Virus record (IMG/VR): IMGVR_UViG_3300021405_000008
From: a virus
Lineage: Duplodnaviria > Heunggongvirae > Uroviricota > Caudoviricetes
DNA length: 64,000 nucleotides
Reading direction: 5' to 3' (one strand)
Below the pieces are notes generated by a model. That model had not been told where the DNA came from, did not search any database, and was given only the letters and a program-made list of their open reading frames with translations. A program made the position numbers and the translations under genes. How positions within the stretch are numbered: position 1 is the first letter of the stretch; every line of letters starts with the position of its first letter. Below, piece by piece: positions 54,645 to 63,580 of this stretch.

Positions 54645-55021
54645 CAGATCTGCTCGATCCTGGTTACGTGGAAACCGGCCTCCACGTAGTTCCTTCGCAC
54701 ATCGTCCGGGTTGTCACCAAAGCACAGTTCACTGTGGTGCTCGCCGGTAACGTCAGTGCAGGTATTACTAGACAGGGGGCATGGCCCGATGACCTTATTC
54801 TGCGGGTTGTGCGCCGGGTTCCGCTTCAGTTTCACCGTCACGATGTAACGGTTCTGACCGGTAGCCCTGCTGATGCTTGATGCCATGGTCTCAGCCTCAC
54901 GGGCATCCACCAAGGCTGACTTGTACTCCGGGCTTGCCGCCTCACGCGCCGCGAAGTAGTCGCCTGCTCCAGTCGGCATCGTGCGCTCCTGCCCGCCAGG
55001 GCCCATTCCGTTGTCTAGCAT
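54644..55021 (-). CDS. hypothetical protein
   Basis: 125 aa ORF. Confidence 0.35.
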   Translation of the reverse strand: MLDNGMGPGGQERTMPTGAGDYFAAREAASPEYKSALVDAREAETMASSISRATGQNRYIVTVKLKRNPAHNPQNKVIGPCPLSSNTCTDVTGEHHSELCFGDNPDDVRRNYVEAGFHVTRIEQI

Positions 55022-55227
55022 AATTTCTCCTTCAGTTCCGGTAGCCTTAGCTGCTCTCGTGCCAGAGCATATCCACTCTTGTATTGCTCGGGGCAGGGCC
55101 CGCCCTCAAGGAAGGCCCGAATGGCAGCAACTTCTTCAGCGGGCAGTCCGCGAAATGCCCAGCCCCTTACTGCGCGGTCGCGGGCTAGCTGTTCGGTCGC
55201 TTTTGCTCTTTCGCTAGCGTTCATCAC
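55015..55227 (-). CDS. small protein, tandem paralog (with 55214-55450)
   Basis: LARDRAVRGWAFRGLPAEEVAAIRAFLEGGPCPEQYKSGYALAREQLRLPE. Confidence 0.45.
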   Translation of the reverse strand: MMNASERAKATEQLARDRAVRGWAFRGLPAEEVAAIRAFLEGGPCPEQYKSGYALAREQLRLPELKEKLC

Positions 55228-55450
55228 TACTCCCCCGCATAGGTACGTCGGGCTTGAATGGATCCGGTAGCCCTAGTTGCCTGCAGCTGAGAGCATATAG
55301 ACGTTTGTAGCTTTCAGGACAGGTGCCGCCATTTATAAATGCAATGATTGCGTCATTCTCCTCTTCGGGCAGGCCTTTGAATGCCCATCCCTTGACGGCC
55401 CTGTTCCTTGCCAGCTTCTCCTTCTCCGCTGCCTTGTCTATCTTGCCCAT
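55214..55450 (-). CDS. small protein, tandem paralog (with 55015-55227)
   Basis: LARNRAVKGWAFKGLPEEENDAIIAFINGGTCPESYKRLYALSCRQLGLPD. Confidence 0.45.
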   Translation of the reverse strand: MGKIDKAAEKEKLARNRAVKGWAFKGLPEEENDAIIAFINGGTCPESYKRLYALSCRQLGLPDPFKPDVPMRGSSDER

Positions 55451-55770
55451 CAGGCAAATGCCTTCGTGATTTTCCGACGTGCATACTTCACGGCGTCTTG
55501 CACATCGATCAGATAGCTCGTGTGATCCTTGACGGTGCCATGCGCCTTGGTCGTCTTGTACAGCTGGATGTAGGCGTGCTTGGCGCAGCCCGAGAGCAGG
55601 AATGTGCAGGCCTCCAGGTAGGCCGCCGCAGCCATAGATTTCTGCAAGTCTTCCGACGGCATGTCAGCCTGAATGGTCTCGCCGTGCGGCGGACTCATGC
55701 ACAGGCCAATGTGGTCATCGCCGTAGGTAATCGTTGCGGACCAGCGTCGGTCACGCCCGTCTACGTTCAT
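55450..55770 (-). CDS. hypothetical protein
   Basis: 106 aa ORF. Confidence 0.35.
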   Translation of the reverse strand: MNVDGRDRRWSATITYGDDHIGLCMSPPHGETIQADMPSEDLQKSMAAAAYLEACTFLLSGCAKHAYIQLYKTTKAHGTVKDHTSYLIDVQDAVKYARRKITKAFA

Positions 55771-56183
55771 ATTGCATCTCGCATGGCGGCGGTCAGGGTC
55801 TTGATCGTGCGGGACAGCTTGGTGATGCTCGACCGGAGCGGGCGGGTCGAGCTGCCCTGAAGCTTGCCGAGGATGTCGATGAGTTCGCTGCTGAGTTCGT
55901 ACATCTCGCTCATGATCTCGATTGCCCGCTCCTCATCGGTCAGCGGCCGGTCATCGAGAGCTGGCGGTCCTGCTGGTGACGAGATGACCGGCACTTCCGG
56001 CATCACCATGACTGCCTCGATGACTGCGATGTCGGAAAATCCATTTGCCTTCGCGTATGCGGCTGCGTTTGCCTCAGCGTCCGGGCTCTTGAATGTCTTC
56101 TTGTGTGCTGAGCTTGCCATCGTCCCCAACAAGTTGCAGCTCACCAGTAGCCTGCGATCACCGCTGTCGATCTTCTTTAGCAC
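55767..56183 (-). CDS. hypothetical protein
   Basis: 138 aa ORF. Confidence 0.35.
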   Translation of the reverse strand: MLKKIDSGDRRLLVSCNLLGTMASSAHKKTFKSPDAEANAAAYAKANGFSDIAVIEAVMVMPEVPVISSPAGPPALDDRPLTDEERAIEIMSEMYELSSELIDILGKLQGSSTRPLRSSITKLSRTIKTLTAAMRDAI

Positions 56184-56389
56184 TTTTCCTCCTCTGGTTA
56201 TTGGCCGGTCGCGCGGCCGGGCATAGCCTTATTCTAACTCCGATTCGGGATGCAAGGGAATACTTTCAGTTAGCTTATTCCGAAACCAGGTCGCCGGGTA
56301 ATCCGGCGGCCGGACGCGGTTACGGCGGCCGGGCGAACCGCCCGTTAAACCCCGCTGCAAGAGCCGTAGGCGGGTCCGGGCGAATCGCC

Positions 56390-56422
56390 GGGGGTAGGTA
56401 CCCGGGAGCGCTACCTACCCCC
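56390..56422. promoter_or_regulatory. 11-bp perfect inverted repeat GGGGGTAGGTA/TACCTACCCCC (candidate protein-binding site downstream of parB)
   Basis: Within 265-bp repeat-rich intergenic region that also has direct repeats CGGCGGCCGG x2. Confidence 0.35.
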
Positions 56423-56449
56423 TTCATCGGCCGCTACGCGCTTCGCAGG

Positions 56450-56647
56450 CTATGCGTACTTAGCCGCTTCCACGCCTGTGATCTCGAAGGTCTGTATGTG
56501 ACTTGGGCAAGACAGTGGAAGCTTCCCGTCGTCAAGTCCGCTGTTCACCTTGGAATGAACATGTGCGATTGCACCAGACATCCCCTCGGACGATTCCACG
56601 CGCATCTTGATGGTTGCTGTGATATCGTAAGTGTGAAGCGCAGACAT
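56450..56647 (-). CDS. hypothetical small protein
   Basis: 65 aa ORF coupled to parB stop. Confidence 0.3.
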   Translation of the reverse strand: MSALHTYDITATIKMRVESSEGMSGAIAHVHSKVNSGLDDGKLPLSCPSHIQTFEITGVEAAKYA

Positions 56648-57504
56648 TACGCCCTCCTCCCATTGCCGTTGTTTGTGGGGTGCCAGTCGGTTCGGATGTC
56701 GCCATCAGGCGAGATCGGCATCAGCGGGGCTGGGGACACGAAAGGGATGGCCAGGCCCGCATCGCCATAGTCGGCCGTGTCGATCGTGGTCTGATCCTGA
56801 CGGATTGCCATCTCCCAGCAGGCATGGCACGCACCAGCGTACCGGCGACGGCCACCGTGTTCGCGAGCCGCACACATCACCTTTGCCTTTTTGTTCTGGG
56901 GGTGAGTCGGGTTGAACGGGTCCGGGTCCCAGCCGAGGTTGACCGGCTTCTTGCCCTCCTTGGACCTGTTCTTCTGCCGGTGCTCTCGGACCGCAGACAC
57001 GGCCCTGTCGGCCGACATCTTGCCCTCGCGCACCTTTTGCTTGGAGTCTTCCGACAGCTCCAGGAGCGACATGTAGTAGCCGATGGTGGTCGTCGTGAAT
57101 CCGGTCTGCTTCGCGATCTGCGTCTGCGTCAGGCCGAACTCGTTGTGGAGCCTGCCGTATGCCTCGGCCCGCTCCATGGCGCTGAGCGGCTCCTTGTGGG
57201 CGTCCGTAACCAGGCCCATAAGGACAGCCATCATCGGAATGTTCTCTTCCGGGCGCGGGTACCGGATGTGGCAGGGAAGCGAGCGACGGATGTGTCGGCC
57301 AGCTGACCAGCGCCGGAACCCGTCCACGATCATGAAGTGATCCCCGCCGAACTGTGGCGCGGGGATAACATCAATAGCCTGCTCCAGCTCCCTCTCGTCG
57401 ATTGACCTGGACAGGGCCGATACGTTGCCGGCCTCATGCCGGGGGTTATCCGGGTTTGGGTGGATGTGATCCACCGGGATGAAACGTACTTCAAAACCTG
57501 GCAT
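56647..57504 (-). CDS. parB: ParB-like nuclease/partition protein
   Basis: 285 aa; VDHIHPNPDNPRH ParB box, HTH LTQTQIAKQTGFTTTTIGYYMSL. Confidence 0.8.
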   Translation of the reverse strand: MPGFEVRFIPVDHIHPNPDNPRHEAGNVSALSRSIDERELEQAIDVIPAPQFGGDHFMIVDGFRRWSAGRHIRRSLPCHIRYPRPEENIPMMAVLMGLVTDAHKEPLSAMERAEAYGRLHNEFGLTQTQIAKQTGFTTTTIGYYMSLLELSEDSKQKVREGKMSADRAVSAVREHRQKNRSKEGKKPVNLGWDPDPFNPTHPQNKKAKVMCAAREHGGRRRYAGACHACWEMAIRQDQTTIDTADYGDAGLAIPFVSPAPLMPISPDGDIRTDWHPTNNGNGRRA

Positions 57505-57506
57505 AT

Positions 57507-57656
57507 CTACTCCTGGGCATCTTCCATTTTCTCGATGTGCTCGACGATGACGGCGTCATCGCCCCATTCCTTGATGAACACCTCATTGAGGGTGCTGATG
57601 AGTATGTCCATTTCCTTGATGTCCTTGTCGGCCACGGTGATGATGTACCTAGCCAT
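57507..57656 (-). CDS. hypothetical small protein (start trimmed to MARYIIT)
   Basis: Track ORF 57507-57725 overlaps upstream gene; internal Met avoids overlap. Confidence 0.3.
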   Translation of the reverse strand: MARYIITVADKDIKEMDILISTLNEVFIKEWGDDAVIVEHIEKMEDAQE

Positions 57657-57900
57657 CGCGGCCCTCCCTGAACTTGATGACATCTTCCATCGATGCGCGT
57701 AGCCGGGCATTCGGCCGATCCACATCGATCAGCTCAGCATCAAGGTAGTTAAGTGCCTCCTGCACTGCGCCATCCTGGACTAGCTCGTCGCGTGGCACTT
57801 CTGAGGATATATAGCCGGTGCCGTCGCTGACCACGATAGCAACATTTCCGACGGACGGCAGCGGGATCGGGACCATCTTGGTCAGTTCATCTCGGTTCAC
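57649..57900 (-). CDS. hypothetical protein
   Basis: 83 aa ORF. Confidence 0.3.
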   Translation of the reverse strand: MNRDELTKMVPIPLPSVGNVAIVVSDGTGYISSEVPRDELVQDGAVQEALNYLDAELIDVDRPNARLRASMEDVIKFREGRDG

Positions 57901-58121
57901 TTACGGCTCCTCATCCTGCCAGACTTCGGGTTTGGCCTGTGGTCGGGCCTATCAGCTACATCTTCTAGATCACTGGTAGGATAGATGAATAGCACCGGGA
58001 ATGACTTATCCCTACGACCATTCTCGCCCTTGCGCCATACCTCCTTATTGTCCTGGACATACTGTAGGAAAGCAGAAGCATTGGCATCGCCTTCGATTGA
58101 GATTATGAATGTCTGGCTCAT
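57897..58121 (-). CDS. hypothetical protein
   Basis: 74 aa ORF. Confidence 0.3.
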   Translation of the reverse strand: MSQTFIISIEGDANASAFLQYVQDNKEVWRKGENGRRDKSFPVLFIYPTSDLEDVADRPDHRPNPKSGRMRSRK

Positions 58122-58234
58122 ATCTCTCTGTTCCGTATAAGTGCCCTGCCCGGGCGGTATCTTCCCCGGTACACACCCGGGCAGGACTGGCCATATGCGC
58201 GCTTAGGCGTCCAACCTGCACACATGGCCGGCTC

Positions 58235-58489
58235 TTATAGATTTGGGAATACTAGGACCAGAAGGATGATTACGCCAATAGCGACGATAACTGACATCAT
58301 CACCCTATCAGCAGTTATCTTTCGCAATTGCCTGGCAGATCTATCCCGGTATCCGCACTGATACCCAGCCTCGAAGTGCGTCCTGGCTACTTGGTCGGTT
58401 TCTTCTGCCAAAGTTGACCGGCAGTAACGCATCCACTCATCAGTGTGATCTACGGAGTCCTTGATATAACTCTTGTAATGCCATTTCAA
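58235..58489 (-). CDS. small membrane protein
   Basis: 84 aa; C-terminal TM VMMSVIVAIGVIILLVLVF. Confidence 0.35.
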   Translation of the reverse strand: MKWHYKSYIKDSVDHTDEWMRYCRSTLAEETDQVARTHFEAGYQCGYRDRSARQLRKITADRVMMSVIVAIGVIILLVLVFPNL

Positions 58490-58797
58490 GACTTATGCTC
58501 CATATCATCGTCTGGCACCAGTACTACCGTAACTCGGGACGGGTCCATATTCCAGTCATGGTGACGCCAGATAACCTCCGGGTTGAAGATGTACTGTGTG
58601 GGCTCGTCATATCGGAACAGCATGCCCGGGATATTCGCCTCATTCTGGTACACAACCCCGAATACAATCTGCCCAGCCTTGTTCCGATACCTGACGATTC
58701 GCACAACTGGCATATCCTCATCGCCCGGGTAAATCCCATTGCCCTGCATGAGCTTGCCGGCAGTCACCTTGTCTACCGTCGCCATAGTCTGTCCCAT
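58486..58797 (-). CDS. hypothetical protein
   Basis: 103 aa ORF. Confidence 0.35.
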   Translation of the reverse strand: MGQTMATVDKVTAGKLMQGNGIYPGDEDMPVVRIVRYRNKAGQIVFGVVYQNEANIPGMLFRYDEPTQYIFNPEVIWRHHDWNMDPSRVTVVLVPDDDMEHKS

Positions 58798-59099
58798 GCC
58801 TTCCTAATTGCACTCGGGTGAATTTCTGGATCGGGTTCCCCGGTGAACAACCACTCTGTTGTCTCGCCGGACAGCTGAACATTCTCGCCAGTCACGCTCC
58901 GAGTTTCATGGTTGCCCGAGTTTTCCGATTCCATTTTTCTCCATTTTGAAATTCTAGCGGGAGGCAGTTTTGAACTATATCCGACTAACCCTATCGGGAA
59001 TAACGGATACATAATGCCTCCGCTTATGAATGTAACCCAGCATATTAGCGCTACCCCTGTGGCCAGAAGTATCGTGAGTGTTACCAATCTAATGTTCAT
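58773..59099 (-). CDS. small membrane protein
   Basis: 108 aa; N-terminal TM helices. Confidence 0.35.
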   Translation of the reverse strand: MNIRLVTLTILLATGVALICWVTFISGGIMYPLFPIGLVGYSSKLPPARISKWRKMESENSGNHETRSVTGENVQLSGETTEWLFTGEPDPEIHPSAIRKAWDRLWRR

Positions 59100-60463
59100 A
59101 ATTCTCCCGTATATTCCCCCGCATAAGTACGGATAGCATCCGTGATCCTTTGATGGATCGGGTTTAGCTCGAATGGCTGCCTATTCAGGATATCCACGGT
59201 GCGCTTCAAAACTCGCTGCGGAACTTCCACTAGTGTATCGTCAAGAAGTGACCAGCTCAGCTTATTGAGGGCTGATCGGATATGCCAATCATCGCCGTTT
59301 CGGCAAATGGCTTCTAGTTCGCGGAATAGCCCAAGACTCTCGTACGGATATCCTAGTTCCATATCGAATACATCTACTGCGGGGATCGGCGAGTCGATCA
59401 TGGCCGCCGTCTCGAATGCGTTGAATAGCGGCGATACTTCCCCTGCAGTCTCATTGTCATAAAGCCCCGGAAACGACACCTCCTCGTAACCAGGGTCATA
59501 GCCGCTTATGTAGATAGGAGCGCAGGATAGATTTGATTCGAGAGTGCCAATTGCAACGTCTAGAAGGCTGACTGGCCATCCCAGATCATTAATGGCGTGA
59601 ATTAGGAACTGATCAAGTTTGGCACCGAGAGACGCCGCGAGGAGGAGCTGGGATGACTCAAGAGCTGACTGCACGTAGAATACGATATCCGAGCTATGCA
59701 GCCTAACTATGCCATCCTCGGTATTGGCCCATTTCTTGAGCTTTGTATAGAAGATTGAATTGTCGATAACGTGGGTGAACCTGGCGGCGGAAACCAGCAT
59801 TTCAGCGCAGGAACTGCTTGCGTAGCACTCCGCAGCACGCTTCGATGCAGAGTAGATTTCGGGCGAATAGGGGCGAAGCGCTTTGCCAGTAGAGGCACAA
59901 ACCACCTGCGGAATGCCACTCATGGCCGCTGAATCCAGAACGTTCCTAGTGCCAAACAGATTAGTTGTTACCGTGCGATGCACCTCGATTTCGGCAAGAG
60001 ACGGGCTGTGCTGCGCGGCTACATGGAATATGATATCCGGACGGACTTCTGCTATAATCTCGTCTAGACGTCCACGGTCCCTAATGTCACATATCATGTA
60101 TTCCGCGCTACGCTGCGCCGTCCAGTTGACTGTGATACCCCGGCTAATGCTAACTAGCCGATCTGGCCGATACTTAACCAGCTGCGACATGAGCATCGAC
60201 CCGACGCAGCCGGTACCACCGGTAACAAGGATAACCGCACCGCCTAGCTTGTTCTGGAGCAATTGCTCCGGCAATGTAATGCTTCTATTCTGTATCTCAA
60301 GAAAACGCTTATATTCTGCGTGTGCGTCCGGCTTGGCGGCTATTAGCTGTTTCGTGAGAAATTTCAGATCATTGATTTCGCCGATACCAAGTTCAGCCTT
60401 GTGCGGTGGCACAGCCCGCTTCATTTCTGAAATTACTTCTGATGCAGTCATCACAAATATCAT
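59096..60463 (-). CDS. NAD-dependent nucleotide-sugar epimerase/dehydratase (CapD/PseB/WbpM-like polysaccharide biosynthesis protein)
   Basis: 455 aa; VILVTGGTGCVGSML (TGxxGxxG), catalytic YSASK. Confidence 0.7.
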   Translation of the reverse strand: MIFVMTASEVISEMKRAVPPHKAELGIGEINDLKFLTKQLIAAKPDAHAEYKRFLEIQNRSITLPEQLLQNKLGGAVILVTGGTGCVGSMLMSQLVKYRPDRLVSISRGITVNWTAQRSAEYMICDIRDRGRLDEIIAEVRPDIIFHVAAQHSPSLAEIEVHRTVTTNLFGTRNVLDSAAMSGIPQVVCASTGKALRPYSPEIYSASKRAAECYASSSCAEMLVSAARFTHVIDNSIFYTKLKKWANTEDGIVRLHSSDIVFYVQSALESSQLLLAASLGAKLDQFLIHAINDLGWPVSLLDVAIGTLESNLSCAPIYISGYDPGYEEVSFPGLYDNETAGEVSPLFNAFETAAMIDSPIPAVDVFDMELGYPYESLGLFRELEAICRNGDDWHIRSALNKLSWSLLDDTLVEVPQRVLKRTVDILNRQPFELNPIHQRITDAIRTYAGEYTGEL

Positions 60464-60786
60464 CCTTCTTCCTGCTGGAGTCTAAATCGATCCTGCCGGG
60501 TCCACTTCACCTATGTGATCAATGGCTCTATGGACCCGGCAGTGGTCCAGCCTGCTCGGCCTCTAACTGGTCCAGCGTCCCAGCCAGATCGCAGCCAGAG
60601 GGGGACTATCCGAGCAGGACGTATTTGGCCTGCCCGGGTGACGAGGCCATCATCCCGTCGCTTTCGGCGCGATTTGTTATCTGCCAGTTTGCTCTGGCCC
60701 CGGGCAGGAATCCCGTTCCGGATGATCCGGCCAAGAAGAGGCTTGGCATGGCCGGGTCTACGAGCCCAGAACGGGACGTTCATATG

Positions 60787-61125
60787 TTATGTCTCTCGTG
60801 CTACGTAGCGGAGTCCGAGGTGCCTTGGCACCTCTTTGACGCTAATTAGCCAGCGACGATCAATAGCCTGCGTATGGCCAAAGTTTCCATCACACCTGCG
60901 GTTCGGCCCGCGTGCATCAAATAGCAGAATCCTGTTCCCATTTCTGTTGCTGCCGATATATCCCACACGAGATCGGCGCGGAGCACGATGTGTGCCGTTG
61001 TCTATCATCCAAATGATCTCGTAGTCATGGCCAACCTCAAACACGAACTTCTGCGGGGCTACTTCCTCACCTACCATTTCAGGCAAAGCTTGTCCTGCCT
61101 CTTCTGGTGTCATCGCTACTTCCAT
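60787..61125 (-). CDS. hypothetical protein
   Basis: 112 aa ORF. Confidence 0.35.
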   Translation of the reverse strand: MEVAMTPEEAGQALPEMVGEEVAPQKFVFEVGHDYEIIWMIDNGTHRAPRRSRVGYIGSNRNGNRILLFDARGPNRRCDGNFGHTQAIDRRWLISVKEVPRHLGLRYVARET

Positions 61126-62030
61126 GTCGCACTTTCCGGGTCATTGTCCGCCAGATAATCGGTTACGGCGTCCTTTGGCTCTAGATCATATTTGTGATCA
61201 GGGGCGCGATTGGATACCCGCTCGAACCTGGCATACTCGTCATGGTCCAGAGTTGCTTCGAATGGGTCATCGGAGATCGCATGGAGCCCGGCCCTTTCAT
61301 CGGCCTCCCATTTGCGCTGGATTGCGTCCCATTCCGCGCCTTGGCCGCACTTACCGGCACAGGTCCGGCCCTTGCCTAGCTGGCGACTCGCGTATTTGGT
61401 CAGTTCGATGTCACACTTGTTGCAGCGCCTGGTCTCGTTCGAGTAGATCATGGCCGCAACTTCTGGGCCAGTCTCTGCGATTACCCTCAGGACGTCATGC
61501 CGGCGCGCACTCTTGACCGGTATTCTGTCGTGGCCGCCGACGATCATGCTGACGAACGTGTACCCCGCCCATCGACCGGAAGTTGGCTTATCGACCATGT
61601 AGAAGTCTAGGTCATTGTTCCCGCTGAGCGAGTCTACTGCGTACCGGCCCTCGGTGATTGTCGCAATCACCGCATCGAGCTTATTTGCAGATTTAGTCTT
61701 GGGCAGGCCCTTGAGACGGGCAATTTCGAGTTTGGCCCATTCCTTGGTCTGGTTATTGCTGGCCTCCTCATAGCCCCGGAGGTCTGGGGCCTCGCCACGC
61801 TCGATCCGCAGCTTGTTCATGAAGTTGTACTGGCTCTCGGAAAGCGGTTCCAGTTCCCGCGCATTTCCGGCGGCCGTCCATACTTCTTGTTTCTGGCCGT
61901 CAATTTCCACGACGCCGTAGCATGCCCTTACCTCAGCAACGGTTTCGTGGTCTCCCTTGCAGCTTCCGCATTTCATAATACCCTCCTCCGGGTCATATAG
62001 GTCTACCCTACCTCCGGACCCCTCCTGCAC
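61116..62030 (-). CDS. hypothetical protein with Cys clusters
   Basis: 304 aa; CGSCKG…C and CNKCD…CAGKCGQ. Confidence 0.4.
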   Translation of the reverse strand: MQEGSGGRVDLYDPEEGIMKCGSCKGDHETVAEVRACYGVVEIDGQKQEVWTAAGNARELEPLSESQYNFMNKLRIERGEAPDLRGYEEASNNQTKEWAKLEIARLKGLPKTKSANKLDAVIATITEGRYAVDSLSGNNDLDFYMVDKPTSGRWAGYTFVSMIVGGHDRIPVKSARRHDVLRVIAETGPEVAAMIYSNETRRCNKCDIELTKYASRQLGKGRTCAGKCGQGAEWDAIQRKWEADERAGLHAISDDPFEATLDHDEYARFERVSNRAPDHKYDLEPKDAVTDYLADNDPESATWK

Positions 62031-62062
62031 GCTAGCGGTTTCCGAAATTAGCTATGCTGGTT

Positions 62063-62413
62063 TTATTCCGATTTGCTGGCCTTTGGTCCCTCGAACTCCC
62101 ATCCCATGCTCGCCGACACATCAACCATCATATCAAGTACGGGCTCTAGCTCTGCTCTTCCAAGCCTTTCCTGGACTTCTGCGGTCTTCTCCTCGGTGAC
62201 TTTCCTGGCATGAGCAGCACGCTGCTGGTTTCTTTGCTGGAGCAGCCTAACTCTAAGCTTCTCCTGCTTCCGCATTAGCGACATCTCGATCAGACGGGGG
62301 TCGCGTGGCTTGGTCTTCCTTGTGTTGCTCATTATTTCCCTCTCCCGGCATATGTCCGTGTATTTTGTAATACATGTCCTGGTATCTCTGATAGAACCAG
62401 TAATCATTTTCAT
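62063..62413 (-). CDS. hypothetical basic protein
   Basis: 116 aa ORF. Confidence 0.3.
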   Translation of the reverse strand: MKMITGSIRDTRTCITKYTDICREREIMSNTRKTKPRDPRLIEMSLMRKQEKLRVRLLQQRNQQRAAHARKVTEEKTAEVQERLGRAELEPVLDMMVDVSASMGWEFEGPKASKSE

Positions 62414-62585
62414 TTGTCATTGCCAACGCACCATTCCGCGAATGACTTGAGGTAATCACCACTCCTAATCCAATCACGGAATTGTAGGGCCGTTTCGATA
62501 TCGCCATCGAAATCAATCTGTACTATTGGGCCTACGCCGCCGCCAATCCTCATTGCTGGCGACGGCCTCCCCTCTTGCGACGACA

Positions 62586-63050
62586 TTATGCCTCGTCGGG
62601 ATTTACGCCTGTGAGCTGCTTACCGTTTGGAGTCCAGTAAGTTGACTTCTGCCGGGTACGCCAGGAGAATAGAACGGTAACCAGACCCGGGCTCACCTCG
62701 GTAATACTGTGCGCCTGTGTGTAGCGTAGAAGGTGAGCCGAGAACCGACGGTGCCTGAGGAGCCTGCTGTTATTGAGGTTATTCGGGTCATAATACACCT
62801 GCTCGTTGTACCACCCGAGCAGCCATGTGATGAAGGAGTGGCTGTGGTCGTGCGGGTACTTCCGGATGTCGTCGGCCGTGTGAATCCGGGTGACCGAAAC
62901 CCCGAACCAGGGCGAACGGAACAGGATAAACCTGGTCAGGAATCGCTTCCCGTCGACATCTACCCACCATGGGTAGAGAAATGCGTATTTCGGCAGTCCG
63001 CCATCCTTCCGGGTGACCTGGGCTTCCTCGTTACTTTCCCTGACTTTCAT
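62586..63050 (-). CDS. hypothetical protein
   Basis: 154 aa ORF. Confidence 0.4.
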   Translation of the reverse strand: MKVRESNEEAQVTRKDGGLPKYAFLYPWWVDVDGKRFLTRFILFRSPWFGVSVTRIHTADDIRKYPHDHSHSFITWLLGWYNEQVYYDPNNLNNSRLLRHRRFSAHLLRYTQAHSITEVSPGLVTVLFSWRTRQKSTYWTPNGKQLTGVNPDEA

Positions 63051-63345
63051 TTTTCTCCCTACATATTGGGCAGAGTCGGACGGCCCCGCCTCGATTCTTG
63101 AGCTGGCGCTCGCGGTTCTTGTCGCCTGGCTCGCTAGCCGCTAGTTGCCAGGTTATACCGCGTGCTTTTGCTACCGCTAGCATGCGTGCGCCAGTACCGG
63201 CCGCGTTATGCCTCTGCCTAGACTCCATGTCCAGCGCCCAGCCTCGATAATGCCTGGCGTGTTCAAGAGGCTGGTCTAGATGGAGCAGATATACTGTACC
63301 CTGCACCCCTGTACCTGGCTCTGCACTCAGCGGGCGATATGGCAT
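63031..63345 (-). CDS. hypothetical protein with C-terminal CxxC
   Basis: 104 aa ORF. Confidence 0.35.
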   Translation of the reverse strand: MPYRPLSAEPGTGVQGTVYLLHLDQPLEHARHYRGWALDMESRQRHNAAGTGARMLAVAKARGITWQLAASEPGDKNRERQLKNRGGAVRLCPICREKNESQGK

Positions 63346-63346
63346 G

Positions 63347-63580
63347 CTACCTTATGACCCCCTCTTGCTCCAGTAGCTCCGATAGCTTGGCGCAGAGAAC
63401 ACCCTGGTCCCGTAGGTACTCTCCCCTGCGCTTGCTGCGCTCGGTCTGGATGTGTTCCTCGCGCCCGCAGATCCCTATTGGGCCGCAGCATGAATACTCG
63501 TTCTTTGGATAGAACTCATCCGCCACCTCAGAGCTAGCTTCGATAAATATCTGCTCGAAGTGCTCTCTGCTCATTATCAC
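63347..63580 (-). CDS. hypothetical small protein
   Basis: 77 aa ORF. Confidence 0.3.
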   Translation of the reverse strand: MIMSREHFEQIFIEASSEVADEFYPKNEYSCCGPIGICGREEHIQTERSKRRGEYLRDQGVLCAKLSELLEQEGVIR

